A stretch of DNA of 32,000 nt from Nitrosopumilus maritimus SCM1 (lineage in GTDB: Archaea; Thermoproteota; Nitrososphaeria; Nitrososphaerales; Nitrosopumilaceae), in contig NC_010085.1 in the NCBI RefSeq assembly GCF_000018465.1, positions 480,001 through 512,000 on the forward strand. The letters are read 5' to 3'. Positions 8,310 through 16,618 of the stretch are shown one piece after another. Below the pieces are notes generated by a model that was not told the DNA's origin, did not search any database, and saw nothing but the letters and a program-made list of their open reading frames with translations. The stretch's first letter is position 1. Each line of letters opens with the position of its first letter. The position numbers were made by a program, and so were the translations under genes.

Positions 8310-9578
8310 TTATTCTGGTTGAATTCTTGCTCCAATCCTATTCATCTCTTCGACGAAATCTGGATAAGAAACTTGGACTGATTCAGGATCTGTTACAACA
8401 CAATTTCCAACATACATTCCTGCAATACAAAACGCCATGAATAGTCTGTGGTCATTTTCAGAATTTAATTCTGCACCGGTAAGATTCTCTGTTGATTCTA
8501 AAATCAAACCATCTTCATTTTCTTGAACTTTAATTCCAAGTTTAACTAACTCTCTTGATGTTATTGCAATTCTGTCTGTCTCTTTTAGTCTTGCATGTTT
8601 TACATTTACAATCTCAATTGGATTTTCTGAATTTAATGCAAGTATTGTTAGTGGTGGTAAAAGATCTGGAGAATTACTCAAATCAAATCTTCCTCCTTTT
8701 AGTTTTTCAGGAGATTTGATTTTAATTTCATCTTCTCCAATATTTACAGTTACTCCTAATTGCTCTAGTATGTCAATAAAGACTTCATCCCCTTGTGGTA
8801 AATTTCCAATATTTCCTTTGATTACAGTTTCATCTCCATTAAGTACTGCTGCTGATAACAATAATGCAAGACTAGAAAAATCAATTGGAACTGTAAATGT
8901 TGCCGCATTGTAAACTTGAGGTGAAATGTTGTATCTTTTATATGGAATTAATGTTTGTACGCTTACTCCAAACTTTCTCATAGTTGCAATGGTGGCATCA
9001 AGATATGGTTTTGATACTAGATTATCTTTAATTGAAAGATTGATTCCCTTTTCAGTCAATGGCGCACTGATTAATAATGCAGAAATGAATTGACTAGAAA
9101 AGTTTCCTGGAATTGTAACATCTCCACCTGAAATCTTTCCTGTAATTTTGATTGGTGGTTTTCCATCAGTTGATTGGCATTGTGCTCCAATACTTGATAG
9201 TGCGTCTAAGAGAGGCTGCATGGGTCTTTTTTGAAGACTCTCATCCCCTGTTAACGTAATCTCTTCTGAAAACAAACTAGCGATTCCTGAGGCTATTCTT
9301 ATTGTGGTTCCTGAATTTTCAGTATTGATTTCAGGCACGATTTTGTCAAATTTTATGGGATTTTTTACAATTATTGATGAATTTTCAATCTCAATGGATG
9401 CTCCAAATTTTTTACATGCTTCAACTGTTGCCATGGTGTCTGCTGATAATAGTACATTTTCCACCTTGCTGCCATTTCCTGCAAGTGATGCAAGAAATAT
9501 TGCTCTATGAGTATAGCTCTTGTTTGAAGGACAAACAATTTGTCCTGAAATTTTTGATTTTTCTACTTTACACTTCAT
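8310..9578 (-). CDS. aroA: 3-phosphoshikimate 1-carboxyvinyltransferase (EPSP synthase)
   Basis: MKCKVEKSKISGQIVCPSNKSYTHRAIFLASLA; GNSGTTIRIA motif; start 9578 preferred over 9611. Confidence 0.95.
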   Translation of the reverse strand: MKCKVEKSKISGQIVCPSNKSYTHRAIFLASLAGNGSKVENVLLSADTMATVEACKKFGASIEIENSSIIVKNPIKFDKIVPEINTENSGTTIRIASGIASLFSEEITLTGDESLQKRPMQPLLDALSSIGAQCQSTDGKPPIKITGKISGGDVTIPGNFSSQFISALLISAPLTEKGINLSIKDNLVSKPYLDATIATMRKFGVSVQTLIPYKRYNISPQVYNAATFTVPIDFSSLALLLSAAVLNGDETVIKGNIGNLPQGDEVFIDILEQLGVTVNIGEDEIKIKSPEKLKGGRFDLSNSPDLLPPLTILALNSENPIEIVNVKHARLKETDRIAITSRELVKLGIKVQENEDGLILESTENLTGAELNSENDHRLFMAFCIAGMYVGNCVVTDPESVQVSYPDFVEEMNRIGARIQPE

Positions 9579-10422
9579 GTACTTCAGCCTTTTTGTTACT
9601 GACTTTTGCAACTATAATTTTTCCTTCTAATGACGAAAATGCTTTTTTGATATTGGATTCATTTTCTTTCTTTGTAATTGCTGCAATTGCTGGACCGTTT
9701 CCTGAAACCGATGCTCCTAAAGCTCCTCGTTCAATTAATCCTGTTATCACATCTGGATTTGAGCTAAGAATTGATGCTGTAGCCAATCCGTTAATTATCA
9801 TTGCTTCCCAATAGTTTGCTTTCTTTGCTAAATCCCAAGCATGATCAAAAACTGATGATAACACTTTGAGTTTTTTTAGATTTCCGCGTTTTCTATTTTT
9901 TGGAATAAATATCACTGCAATCAAATTTGAAGGGCCTTTTTCAAAACTCATTCTTTTCTTTTTTGCATTATCTGTCACATTAAATCCACCATAATAGCAT
10001 GAGCATGCATCATCATATGCTCCAGTAATACTTACTTTGGATTCTATTGATGCATCAACTCCTGCAAGTAGAATTTGTTGATCAGTGAATTTAGATTTGA
10101 AAATTTTTGCACATCCCAATGCGACTGCAGAAGATATTGCACTAGAACTCTTCAATCCATATCCTGTAGGAATTTCTGAATCTAATGTGATGGTTATTTT
10201 GTTTTTCTCAAGGTCTTTTTTTGAAACAATTTTTTCAACTGTTTTGTTGATTAATCTAGAACTGAGTGTTTTGTTTTCTGATTGAATTACTATGCCTTTT
10301 CCCGGAGTTGTCTCTACTATGGCTTCAACCTTTAGGTCTATTCCTAGAGTTGCCCCTTTTTGATTTGCGATTGCATTTACTATTGAAACTGCACCATGAA
10401 CCGTTGCTTTTGCTTTTGCCAT
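9568..10422 (-). CDS. aroK: Archaeal (GHMP-type) shikimate kinase
   Basis: Protein with STIPTGYGLKSSSAISSA-like GHMP motif (IPTGYGLKSSSAISSAVALGC), position between aroE and aroA. Confidence 0.92.
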   Translation of the reverse strand: MAKAKATVHGAVSIVNAIANQKGATLGIDLKVEAIVETTPGKGIVIQSENKTLSSRLINKTVEKIVSKKDLEKNKITITLDSEIPTGYGLKSSSAISSAVALGCAKIFKSKFTDQQILLAGVDASIESKVSITGAYDDACSCYYGGFNVTDNAKKKRMSFEKGPSNLIAVIFIPKNRKRGNLKKLKVLSSVFDHAWDLAKKANYWEAMIINGLATASILSSNPDVITGLIERGALGASVSGNGPAIAAITKKENESNIKKAFSSLEGKIIVAKVSNKKAEVHEV

Positions 10423-11243
10423 CAGAATCCTCCTAACAATGCTTTTTTCATGGCATTATAAGGTGCTTCCATGCCGTGCCAAATCTCAAACGCTCTGACT
10501 GCCTGACCTAATAGCATCTCATATCCAAAAATTATAGTGGCGTTTTTTTCTTTTGCTTTTTTTAGAAAATCTGTATTCATTGGCAAATACACAATATCAT
10601 ACACCACTGTTTTTTCATTAACTCCTTCAAATGATATTGGGCTAGATTCATTTTGCAATCCTATTGATGTTGCATTTACAATAATGTTGTAATCTTTTGC
10701 AGATTCTCCAACTTGGTCTATAGTTATGGCATTTGCATCAAGACTGATTTTTTTTGCAAATTCTACTAGATTATTTGCTTTTTCTATTGTTCTATTTGCA
10801 ATTGTAATGCTTTTTGCTTTTTCTTTTGCAAACCCAGCTACAATTGCTCTTGCAGCACCTCCTGCACCTAACAAAAGTACATTGGAGTTTTCAATCTCTA
10901 TATTTCGTTTCTTTAATGGCTCTAGAAAACCATCCATATCTGTATTGTATCCTTTTAGCACTCCGTCATTGCTTACAACAGTATTTACTGCACCAATCAA
11001 ACTACAAGACTCGTCAATTTTATCCAAATATTTCATCATTTCAATTTTGTGAGGAATAGTTACATTGAATCCTGCAATTTGGATTTTTTTCAAACCTTCA
11101 ATTCCTTCACCTAACTCATCTTTTGGAATTCTATATGCAATGTATGAGCAATCTAGATTTAATTCTCTAAATGCTGCACTGTGGATGTTTGGTGATAAAG
11201 AATGATCAATTGGATCTCCAATAACTGCAAATGTCTTTCCCAT
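10422..11243 (-). CDS. aroE: Shikimate dehydrogenase
   Basis: MGKTFAVIGDPIDHSLSPNIHSAAF; GFNVTIPHK; LLGAGGAARAI. Confidence 0.96.
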   Translation of the reverse strand: MGKTFAVIGDPIDHSLSPNIHSAAFRELNLDCSYIAYRIPKDELGEGIEGLKKIQIAGFNVTIPHKIEMMKYLDKIDESCSLIGAVNTVVSNDGVLKGYNTDMDGFLEPLKKRNIEIENSNVLLLGAGGAARAIVAGFAKEKAKSITIANRTIEKANNLVEFAKKISLDANAITIDQVGESAKDYNIIVNATSIGLQNESSPISFEGVNEKTVVYDIVYLPMNTDFLKKAKEKNATIIFGYEMLLGQAVRAFEIWHGMEAPYNAMKKALLGGF

Positions 11244-11291
11244 AATATCATCGCGTAATATGATTGATTTAAACTCTAATTGTTATGATGA

Positions 11292-11963
11292 TTATTTTTT
11301 CAAGTTAGTGATTTTATTTACTTCGTCAACACTGAACTGACCTGGTGCAACTGGCTTTCCTAGAGAGACATACGTGTATGGACTGCCCAAATACAGGCAC
11401 AAAATCCTTGAAATTCTGCCAAAATCGCCCATTGCAAATGAGATTAGGTTGTTTTTTCCTTTCTTGCTGTATAACTCAAGCATTCTTGTTGAATCATCAG
11501 TTGATTTTGCTGTGCTGACAATTTTTACAAAATTTGAGAATTTACTCATCTGATTCATTTTCTTTTTTAACTCTGCAGAACTTGGAGTTTTCTTAAAGTC
11601 ATGCCATGAAACAAGTAGTTTTGTTTTTGTTGATTTTAGATATTTTACTAGTGATGAATTTCGTTTCAGAGTGTTAAACTCTACATCAAGTAAATACGGA
11701 TTATACTCTGCAATCAGTTTTATTATTGCAATTCTTTCTTTTTCATTTCCTGGAAATTGACCTCCTTCAGTTTTTGGTCTTAAGGTACATACTGATTTTT
11801 TCAAATCTTTTTTGATTAGTTCTAATGTTTGTGGAATTTGTTCAATTTTTAGAAAATCAAATCTTATCTCAACAAAATCTGATTTTTTTAAAGCAATCTT
11901 TAATGTTTGTTTGACTTTGTTAGGTGTTTTTTCTGCAATTGATACACAAGTTTTGTACTTCAT
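11292..11963 (-). CDS. aroD: Type I 3-dehydroquinate dehydratase
   Basis: FVEIRFDFL, LLVSWHDFKKTPS, KIVSTAKSTDDS; cluster context. Confidence 0.9.
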   Translation of the reverse strand: MKYKTCVSIAEKTPNKVKQTLKIALKKSDFVEIRFDFLKIEQIPQTLELIKKDLKKSVCTLRPKTEGGQFPGNEKERIAIIKLIAEYNPYLLDVEFNTLKRNSSLVKYLKSTKTKLLVSWHDFKKTPSSAELKKKMNQMSKFSNFVKIVSTAKSTDDSTRMLELYSKKGKNNLISFAMGDFGRISRILCLYLGSPYTYVSLGKPVAPGQFSVDEVNKITNLKK

Positions 11964-11964
11964 C

Positions 11965-13026
11965 TTATTTTTCTAAAATATATTCATCTGAAACTTCCAT
12001 ACCAAAATGTCTGCCTGTTGCAGGTTTTGAGTGGACCATTACTGTGTCTCCTTTCTTAAGATGTGTAACTGATACTAGTTGTCCATTTGGTTTTACAAAA
12101 CGAATTGTCTCTGCATCTTGTGCAATTATTCCACCTATCTCTCCTCCGGCCTTTGCTTTGATCATTAGCATTGGTCTTCTCTCAATCTTTGATCTTCCTA
12201 CGGTTGCTCTCCTTGCCTTTCCTTTAGAATTTAGAATTAATACTTCTGAGCCTGTTTCTACCTCTGACAAATAGTTGGTTGTTCCATCTGGAGATAGCGT
12301 GTAGCAGTGTACTGCACCTGCATTGACTCTAAATGGTCTTGGTGATGTAAATGATGATCCAACTGATTCATTATGGACTAAAAACAAAAAGTTTGATCTA
12401 CTTCCAATTAACATTCCTTCTCCTTTGTGAAGCATTGATGCAGTATCTACGCAAACTCTTTCACCATCTCCTACTTCTTTAATGTCAATAATTTTTGCAG
12501 GTTTCATATCGAAACTTCTGGTTCCCAAGTAAACCATGGCTTCTCTTACTTCGTTAATTGATGATGTGTTGAAAATTACCCCATCTACTCCTACTTCTAG
12601 AATTGAAAACATCTTTCTGACCTCTTCAGGTGTTCTTGCTACTGCAAAAATTTTGGTATGTATCTTGTGAAGCTTTGCAATAATGTTCTCTAATGGAATT
12701 ATTTTCCAGTCTTTAACTTCTACAACTACAAAATCTAGACCTTTTTTTGCAATAGTTAAGATATTTTCAATATCTGTATTTGATAACACTTCAAACTTTC
12801 TTCCAACTTTTTTGCCCTTTGGTTTTGTTGCATTTTCTTTTTCAAGAACCACATAGTTGGCATTGTTTGAAGGATAAACTGTTTGTAATTTTGTTTTTTT
12901 CTTTCCTAATTTTTTTGGATCAAGATATATCATTTTGATTCCTTCATCTTCTAATTGTGGCAAAAGTTTGGATAATTGTGCCTGAGAACCTTTTGGGGCA
13001 ATAATTAATTCTCTACTCTTACTCAA
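11965..13026 (-). CDS. aroB': Archaeal 3-dehydroquinate synthase II
   Basis: SRSNFLFLVHNES, PFRVNAGAVHCYTLSPDGTTNYLSEVETGSEVL, typical of archaeal DHQS-II. Confidence 0.93.
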   Translation of the reverse strand: MSKSRELIIAPKGSQAQLSKLLPQLEDEGIKMIYLDPKKLGKKKTKLQTVYPSNNANYVVLEKENATKPKGKKVGRKFEVLSNTDIENILTIAKKGLDFVVVEVKDWKIIPLENIIAKLHKIHTKIFAVARTPEEVRKMFSILEVGVDGVIFNTSSINEVREAMVYLGTRSFDMKPAKIIDIKEVGDGERVCVDTASMLHKGEGMLIGSRSNFLFLVHNESVGSSFTSPRPFRVNAGAVHCYTLSPDGTTNYLSEVETGSEVLILNSKGKARRATVGRSKIERRPMLMIKAKAGGEIGGIIAQDAETIRFVKPNGQLVSVTHLKKGDTVMVHSKPATGRHFGMEVSDEYILEK

Positions 13027-13801
13027 TTTTCTTCATTGCTTCCTTTGCTGTACCTTTTCTGAAAATTATTTCGGCTAGTGCTTCTACCATTTTTTCAGGT
13101 GCTTTATGTGCAAAGATGTTTCTTCCATATGTGACACCTTTTGCTCCTGCTGCTATGGCATCTTCAGTCATTTGAAGAATATCTAAATCTGTTTTTGCTT
13201 TTGGTCCGCCTGCAATTACAATTGGAACTGGTGTACTCTTTACAACTTTTGAAAATGAATCAATGTCTCCTGTGTACAATGTCTTAACAATATCTGCTCC
13301 ACATTCTGCTCCAATTCTTGCAACATGTGCAACAACTTCAGGATCATGTGGGTCTTTGATGTTTTCTCCTCTTGGATACATCATTGCTAAGAGTGGCATT
13401 CCCCATCTGTGACATTGATCTGCTGTTAATCCTAATTGTTCTAACATTTCAGGTTCTTCTTTTCCTCCAATGTTGATGTGTAATGAAACACCGTCTGCTC
13501 CTAATGCAACTGCTTCTTTTACAGTACCTGTGAGCATTTTTCGATTTGGTGATAATGATAATGCAGTGCTACTTGAAAAATGAACTAAAACTCCGACTTT
13601 GGGTGGTTTTGGTAATGATTTGATAATTCCTTTGTTAATTATTACACTTGTAAGGCCGTGACCTTCACATTTGTAAATTGTTGATGCTGGGTCTTCAAGA
13701 CCCTCAATAGGACCATTTGAAATTCCATGGTCCATTGGAATACATAACATCTTTCCTTTTCTAAGAATTCGATTAAGTCTAATTTGGTTACCTGATACCA
13801 T
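13019..13801 (-). CDS. aroA': 2-amino-3,7-dideoxy-D-threo-hept-6-ulosonate (ADH) synthase, fructose-bisphosphate aldolase class I-like
   Basis: [53 protein letters not shown]. Confidence 0.93.
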   Translation of the reverse strand: MVSGNQIRLNRILRKGKMLCIPMDHGISNGPIEGLEDPASTIYKCEGHGLTSVIINKGIIKSLPKPPKVGVLVHFSSSTALSLSPNRKMLTGTVKEAVALGADGVSLHINIGGKEEPEMLEQLGLTADQCHRWGMPLLAMMYPRGENIKDPHDPEVVAHVARIGAECGADIVKTLYTGDIDSFSKVVKSTPVPIVIAGGPKAKTDLDILQMTEDAIAAGAKGVTYGRNIFAHKAPEKMVEALAEIIFRKGTAKEAMKKIE

Positions 13802-13851
13802 GAGTGGATCTGCTTTTTGTGCCCTACTTAAAAATAACGTGAACCATTAAT

Positions 13852-13873
13852 CTCAAATTCATTGAAATTTGAG
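13852..13873. repeat. Perfect inverted repeat CTCAAATT-CATTGA-AATTTGAG in divergent promoter region
   Basis: 8-bp arms, 6-nt spacer, between aroA' (minus) and the mqnC-like gene (plus). Confidence 0.6.
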
Positions 13874-13935
13874 CACAAAACCTCAAAGTTTTTTCTATCA
13901 AGGATTAAATAGAATTTCTAAAGGATGAAAGGCAA

Positions 13936-15054
13936 TTGAGTCAGACAACAGAACAATTAGAAAAAAGTGACATTAAAGATATTTTAGAAAATTCTCTTAA
14001 TGGAAAAAGACCTGGTCCTGAAGACTGTATGAGATTGTTGGAGTCTGATGATGTTCATCTAATGGGACTTGTATCTGGCCATTTGACAAGAAAGCAATTT
14101 GGAAAGAAAGCATCTTTTGTCAATAATATTATTTTGAATTACACCAATGTCTGTATTACTGACTGTAAGTTTTGTGCATTTTACAGATCACCTGGTGCTG
14201 ATGATTCTTACACTTTAACTTTGGAACAAATTGAATCACGTGTAAAAACCGCATGGGACATGTTTAAGATCCGACAGGTCTTGATTCAAGGTGGTCATAA
14301 CCCAAATCTGAAAATTGAATACTATGAAGATGCATTTAGAATGATTAGGGAGAAATTCCCTAAAGTTGGTGTACATGGATTGTCAACATCAGAAATTGAC
14401 ATGATTGCAAGAGTTGAAAAATCCTCAACAAAAGAAATTTTATCACGACTCAAAGACGCAGGTTTACAATCAATGCCTGGTGCAGGAGCTGAAATCTTGA
14501 CTGACTCTGTTAAAGAAATCATTAGTCCAAAGAAAATCTCTAGTGATGCTTGGATTAGAATCATGAATGAAGCTCATTCACTTGGAATTCCATCTTCTGC
14601 AACAATGATGTACGGACATGTGGAAAACAAAAATGACATTGTTGAACACTTTTTCAAACTTGTAAAATTACAAGAAAAAACCAAAGGATTCATGGCATTT
14701 ATCCCTTGGAACTTTGAGCCAAACAATACTTTGATGCATGAAGAGGGATTAGTTGAATATGGTACTGGTGGAATTCAACTCTTGAAAATGATTGCAATCT
14801 CTAGATTAATCTTTGATGGACTTATACCTCACATACAATCCTCATGGCTGACAAATGGTATCGGTATGGCACAACTAGCTTTACAGTATGGCGCTGATGA
14901 CTTTGGTGGTACTCTAATTGGAGAAGAAGTAGTTTCATGTACTGGCGCACGCTCAACTGAACTTACTGATAAAATAATCATGGATGCAATTCATCAAATT
15001 GGTTATTCAGTTGAAGAGAGAGATAATTTCTATAATCCTATTTCTGTATCATAG
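13936..15054 (+). CDS. mqnC: Radical SAM enzyme of MqnC/MqnE/CofH family, most MqnC-like (dehypoxanthine futalosine cyclase)
   Basis: CITDCKFCAFYR (CX3CX2C), ILIQGGHNPNLKIEYY, GFMAFIPWNFEPNNT; TTG start. Confidence 0.75.
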   Translation: MSQTTEQLEKSDIKDILENSLNGKRPGPEDCMRLLESDDVHLMGLVSGHLTRKQFGKKASFVNNIILNYTNVCITDCKFCAFYRSPGADDSYTLTLEQIESRVKTAWDMFKIRQVLIQGGHNPNLKIEYYEDAFRMIREKFPKVGVHGLSTSEIDMIARVEKSSTKEILSRLKDAGLQSMPGAGAEILTDSVKEIISPKKISSDAWIRIMNEAHSLGIPSSATMMYGHVENKNDIVEHFFKLVKLQEKTKGFMAFIPWNFEPNNTLMHEEGLVEYGTGGIQLLKMIAISRLIFDGLIPHIQSSWLTNGIGMAQLALQYGADDFGGTLIGEEVVSCTGARSTELTDKIIMDAIHQIGYSVEERDNFYNPISVS

Positions 15055-16491
15055 TCCATAATCAGACCATTTAGAATCAACTAGATTTTTTGTTTCTTCA
15101 TCAACTTTTACTTGTTGTTGAATCTCTCTTTCATATCCTTCTTCTTTTGTTTTCTGTGTTGCATCAATTCCCATCTTAGAACCTAGATTGACAAGTGGTG
15201 ATGCTGGATCCAGTGTATCTGTTGGAGCATTATTGATTATTGTAGTGTCTCTTGCTGCATCTGCTCTTGTTGTAATTGCCCAAATCACATCATTGATGTC
15301 ATGAACATTGATGTCTTCATCAACTACTACAAACATCTTTGTTAGTGATAACTGCCCCATTCCCCATAATCCCATCATCACTTTTTTTGCTTGACCTGGG
15401 TATCTCTTTTTGATTGAAATTATTGCAAATCCTTGGAACCAACCAGCAGCTGGCATACTGAAATCAACTACTTCTGGATGGAACATCTGAATTAGTGGTA
15501 AGAATGAGCGTTCGATTACTTTTCCAATATATGCATCCTCTAGAATTGGTTTTCCAACTACTGTTGTAACATAGATTGGATTCTTTCTTCTCATAATTCC
15601 TGTTAGTGTGAAAGTTGGATATGGTTCAACTGGTGTATAGTATCCTGTATGATCTCCAAATGGTCCTTCATCTCTGATGTCTGCTGGATCTACGTATCCT
15701 TCCAAAACAATTTCTGCATTTGCTGGAACATCCAAATCAATTGTTTTGCATTTTACAGTTTTGATACCTTCTTTTCGTGTAATTCCTGCAAACAAGTATT
15801 TGTCTAGTCCTTCTGGCACTGGAGCAATTGATGAAAATACTGTTGCAGGTTCTCCACCAATAATTATTGCAGTTGGAATTTTCTCTCCCTTGTCTTTTGA
15901 AATATCTCCGTGATGAGCTCCTCTCTTGTGTTTTTGCCAATGCATTAATGCATGTGTCTTGTCTACAATCTGCATTCTATATACTCCAAGATTCCTAACT
16001 CCTGTTTCTGGATGCTTTGTTGCAACCAGTCCTAATGTGATGAATCGTCCTGCATCATTTGGCCAAGATTTCAAAATTGGCAAATCATCAAATGATGCAT
16101 CAGTAGATGTAGTTTCAGTTACTGGTCCACTAACTTCTGATTTAGGAAACGATGCAGTCATCTTTGAGAGTTCTGGAAGTTTTTTTATTTTGTTTAACAA
16201 ACCTGATGGCACATCCATCTTTGTCATATCTGCAATGCGTTGTCCGATTTCAGTAAAGTCTGTCATTTCAAGTCCTATCTCTAATCTTTTCATAGAACCA
16301 AACGCATTTCCTAAAACTGGCATATCGTAATCTTTTACATCTTCAAAAAGAATTGCAGGTCCGTTTGAATACATCTCTCTTCTCATGATTTCTGCAATTT
16401 CTAAATTAGAGTCCACTTGTGTCTTGACTCTCTTTAATTCTCCATTTTTTTCAAGTTCTGAGATAAACTCTTGAATGTCTTCTATTGGCAC
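15049..16491 (-). CDS. UbiD-family decarboxylase
   Basis: GNAFGSMKRLEIGL, MQIVDKTHALMHWQKHKRGA, PIKIGKVIERSFLP-like and GPFGDHTGYY motifs. Confidence 0.88.
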   Translation of the reverse strand: MPIEDIQEFISELEKNGELKRVKTQVDSNLEIAEIMRREMYSNGPAILFEDVKDYDMPVLGNAFGSMKRLEIGLEMTDFTEIGQRIADMTKMDVPSGLLNKIKKLPELSKMTASFPKSEVSGPVTETTSTDASFDDLPILKSWPNDAGRFITLGLVATKHPETGVRNLGVYRMQIVDKTHALMHWQKHKRGAHHGDISKDKGEKIPTAIIIGGEPATVFSSIAPVPEGLDKYLFAGITRKEGIKTVKCKTIDLDVPANAEIVLEGYVDPADIRDEGPFGDHTGYYTPVEPYPTFTLTGIMRRKNPIYVTTVVGKPILEDAYIGKVIERSFLPLIQMFHPEVVDFSMPAAGWFQGFAIISIKKRYPGQAKKVMMGLWGMGQLSLTKMFVVVDEDINVHDINDVIWAITTRADAARDTTIINNAPTDTLDPASPLVNLGSKMGIDATQKTKEEGYEREIQQQVKVDEETKNLVDSKWSDYGL

Positions 16492-16618
16492 ATTAATTCT
16501 GAATCCAGTTCAAGTATAAGCTTAACTGGATTCCATGAATAAATTCTTGAATTGTTTTTATTTTTTTATTAAATAATTCTCTCAAAGTACATAATAGATT
16601 CTATATCTTAGAAATTAC

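Noticed and set aside
15737-15940. 67-aa minus-strand ORF inside the ubiD-like gene in another frame
   Set aside because: Out-of-frame overlap with a recognised UbiD sequence; no support.
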